From contig JASCQW010000122.1 of assembly GCA_030264375.1 (NCBI GenBank), positions 33,024,550-33,088,549 on the forward strand: a DNA stretch of 64,000 nucleotides. Reading direction: 5' to 3'. This DNA comes from Carcharhinus longimanus. Lineage: Eukaryota. The translations under genes and the position numbers were made by a program. Positions 61,297-64,000 of the stretch are shown here, one piece after another. The notes beneath the pieces were generated by a model. It was not told the origin of the DNA. It saw nothing but the letters and a program-made list of their open reading frames with translations, and made no database searches. Positions within the stretch are counted from its first letter, which is position 1; every line of letters starts with the position of its first letter.

Positions 61297-64000
61297 ATCC
61301 CAGGGGAAAGGGACTTAGCATTCAGACAGCTCTAGTAACCGGCTAATTTTGATTAAAAAAAAACACATTGATATAGTACAAAAACTAAACAGTAAAAAAC
61401 AGATCCATTATTCCTCCTTGAAGCTGAAAAGATTCTGAGTCAAACTGAAGTATGTAAACAAGCATTTAATATTTCTATGCTAATATGTAAAGCAGGTATG
61501 GTAGAATAATGGCAGAGTGATTTGCAATATTTCTATACAGCAGGATTCAGGCACTGGAATAATTATTAATAAAGAACACCAGTTTCATGATAATGATTTT
61601 GTCAAATTACTATAGATTTAGGAGTGGTTATGTCTGACCAATTTTCAACCATCTTATGCTAATGATTTGATCATAAACTTTTCATGGAGATGAAATTCTA
61701 CAGGAAGAGGGGATGGAATATGAAAAGTAGCTAGCAGCAGTAAATGCACTGTCATTTTTTCATAAAGACAAAGGTTGTTCTTTTATTTATTTTGTTATTA
61801 ANNNNNNNNNNNNNNNNNNNNNNNNNNNNNNACTTTGCACATGGAAGGTATTGTGAGATATTTGATGAGAAAGGTGCGTAAAGTATCAAACAGGTTCCTT
61901 TTTAAACGTCAAAAAAGTAAAGCACCTCAGCTAATGAAATAAATGACAAGTGTAACCTAGAGCAACTAGGTTTGAACACAAAATCCAACAAGTAAATTGC
62001 TATATTGATTATCAAAGATAGTGGACCTGTAATTCATAAGTAAACACAGTTGCGTGATTATTCTCAATTGGATCCATTTATGCATATCTTTGCTGTATTT
62101 AAATTAAGGACAGTTTGAGGGATAGCAAATCCACTGCCCTGTTTTCATTATTTTCTGACCTGCACCGTACTCATATGCACCCTGCGTTTGATCAAACATA
62201 CCAAAGAAATATGCAACACAACAATTACAATTGAGATAAGAGTGGATTGTGGAAATATGACCCAATAGATGGAATAATTTGTGTAACCTGGGCCAGCAAA
62301 GGGCTCTGGTAAAAGAGTTGGCTATAATAGCAAGGCTGTTACCTTACCTTGGTACTGGCTTCAGGCTACATATCCAAGGCCAAGTTAACAGCATTACTCT
62401 TTTTTCCAGGAAACCAGACTTGTCAATAAGTTCTTTTCAAATGTCTGGAGACCTGATCCAGTGGGAAAGGGTTAAAGGCGAAACATCCAAGATAAGTTCC
62501 CACAATCTGAGTCACCGGATACTCAAGAACAACTGCTTCGCCAGTTTCCATTTTGCACCTCTGCATCAGAATATTTCATTTAAATGCACAATTAGCTGGT
62601 GCCAACATAGAATTGACTTAAATATAATTCAGACTGAAAATTAATATTTAGCTCCAGTACCTGATCCTATGGTCATTTATTAAACTTAAATTGCATTACA
62701 TGGTGATAAAGTGGTGGGAGAACCCAACATATTTCCAACTCTGCACCATGAAATAATGTCATGCTTTTAACGTATATATTATATACGTGAATAGCCTATA
62801 AATCACTGTCAGTAATGTCATTTCAAATGGTTTGACATCTCTGTTAAAACAACAGAAAACGCGAGGTGACAATTGTTTGCCTGTTGATATTGTTAGCTGT
62901 AGTTTCTAGGTTTATTGTAAACATTTATAATGCAAGCTATTCCTGTCATTCTTAAATGACACGTATTTGATTAAAATTCCCATTGTCCTTGAAGGAGAAA
63001 GCAAAATTACAACTAGTTAAGCTCACTGTATAAAACATTCCAGCGGCAGAGTGGTGTTTTCAACCCACATCATTGGCAGCACCGTTGATAGAATGACGTG
63101 ATGCACACACTCAACAAAATTGCATTACTTCTACTAAGATTGTACTCGACTTTTGAGTGCATTTTCAAGACAGTATTGAAGCAGTAATGTTGAGTATGTT
63201 TTACATTTTGAGAATCAAGTCTACAATTTTTCATCATTCTGGTTGCAGTAATAGCTCAGCTATCAGAAGCTCTGGCAACTGCACTGCAGCAGCAGGTTTG
63301 GCATTTCCTCCGGTCACTGGCAATAATATATCTGTTTGTTCTCAGGAACAATGATGCATTTAAGTGTTTTTTTTTCCATAGCAGCAGGACACCCTTCCAA
63401 CAATGTAGTCTAATAGTAACCTGACAAAAATCCCTCTGGCATAATGTTAGCATCTAGTTATTTTAATTTGTGTATATAGTGCATATTTATAACATTATTA
63501 ATAGTAAATTTCTCCCAATGTCAGCTATATTTCACATAGTTGTATAATTATTCTATCATTTGAAGCAAATGATCCTTGACTAAATATCATCATATCTTTT
63601 ATATTATACTTTGTACAGGAGTATTTGTTCCTCCTTATAACATTATTAGCATTAAAAATTGAGAGGACAGAACAGGAATATCTTTGCATGGATAAGTAGG
63701 ATTTAACTGTTTAATTGATTATCAATCTTACCTGTCATGAAAATCATCAGTTATCAATTGCCTATTTGTTAAAATAACACAAGTAAAGGTTCAAACTGAA
63801 TGTAACTACAATGTGATAAACTGTTGGCACAGCAATGTACAACAAGGGGGTCCACAGAAAGTTTGTGGGAGTCCTGGAGTCACCATTGCACTGTGTAAAG
63901 GAAAATAATAACTTGTTAGCTTACTATCAGGGGAGTAGAGGCAGTTTTAATGCTTATACCTGGGGAAAACAAATTTTCAAATAGATTTAAATCCTTTTGT

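Overview
Vertebrate non-coding genomic DNA, almost certainly from a cartilaginous fish (shark): it carries HE1/V-domain SINEs, Deu-domain SINEs and CR1-clade LINEs with (TTCTATG)n tails. It is a draft assembly with several N gaps. I could not recognise any host protein-coding exon, so this is probably intergenic DNA or a large intron. About 0-39 kb and 45-58 kb are dense in decayed, often nested transposons: tRNA-derived SINEs of at least three kinds, CR1/L2/other LINE fragments, two fossil PIF/Harbinger transposase remnants and many Harbinger-type MITEs. About 39.4-45.2 kb and 57.9-64 kb are nearly repeat-free. The most interesting signal is a six-copy Penelope-like repeat family. Most copies are about 100-170 bp and begin at a minimal hammerhead-ribozyme motif (CTGAnGA..stem..GAAACGTT). 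Three have 10-12 bp target-site duplications, and one forms a head-to-head inverted hammerhead pair. Coordinates of decayed repeats are approximate, and family names come from recall, not from a database search.
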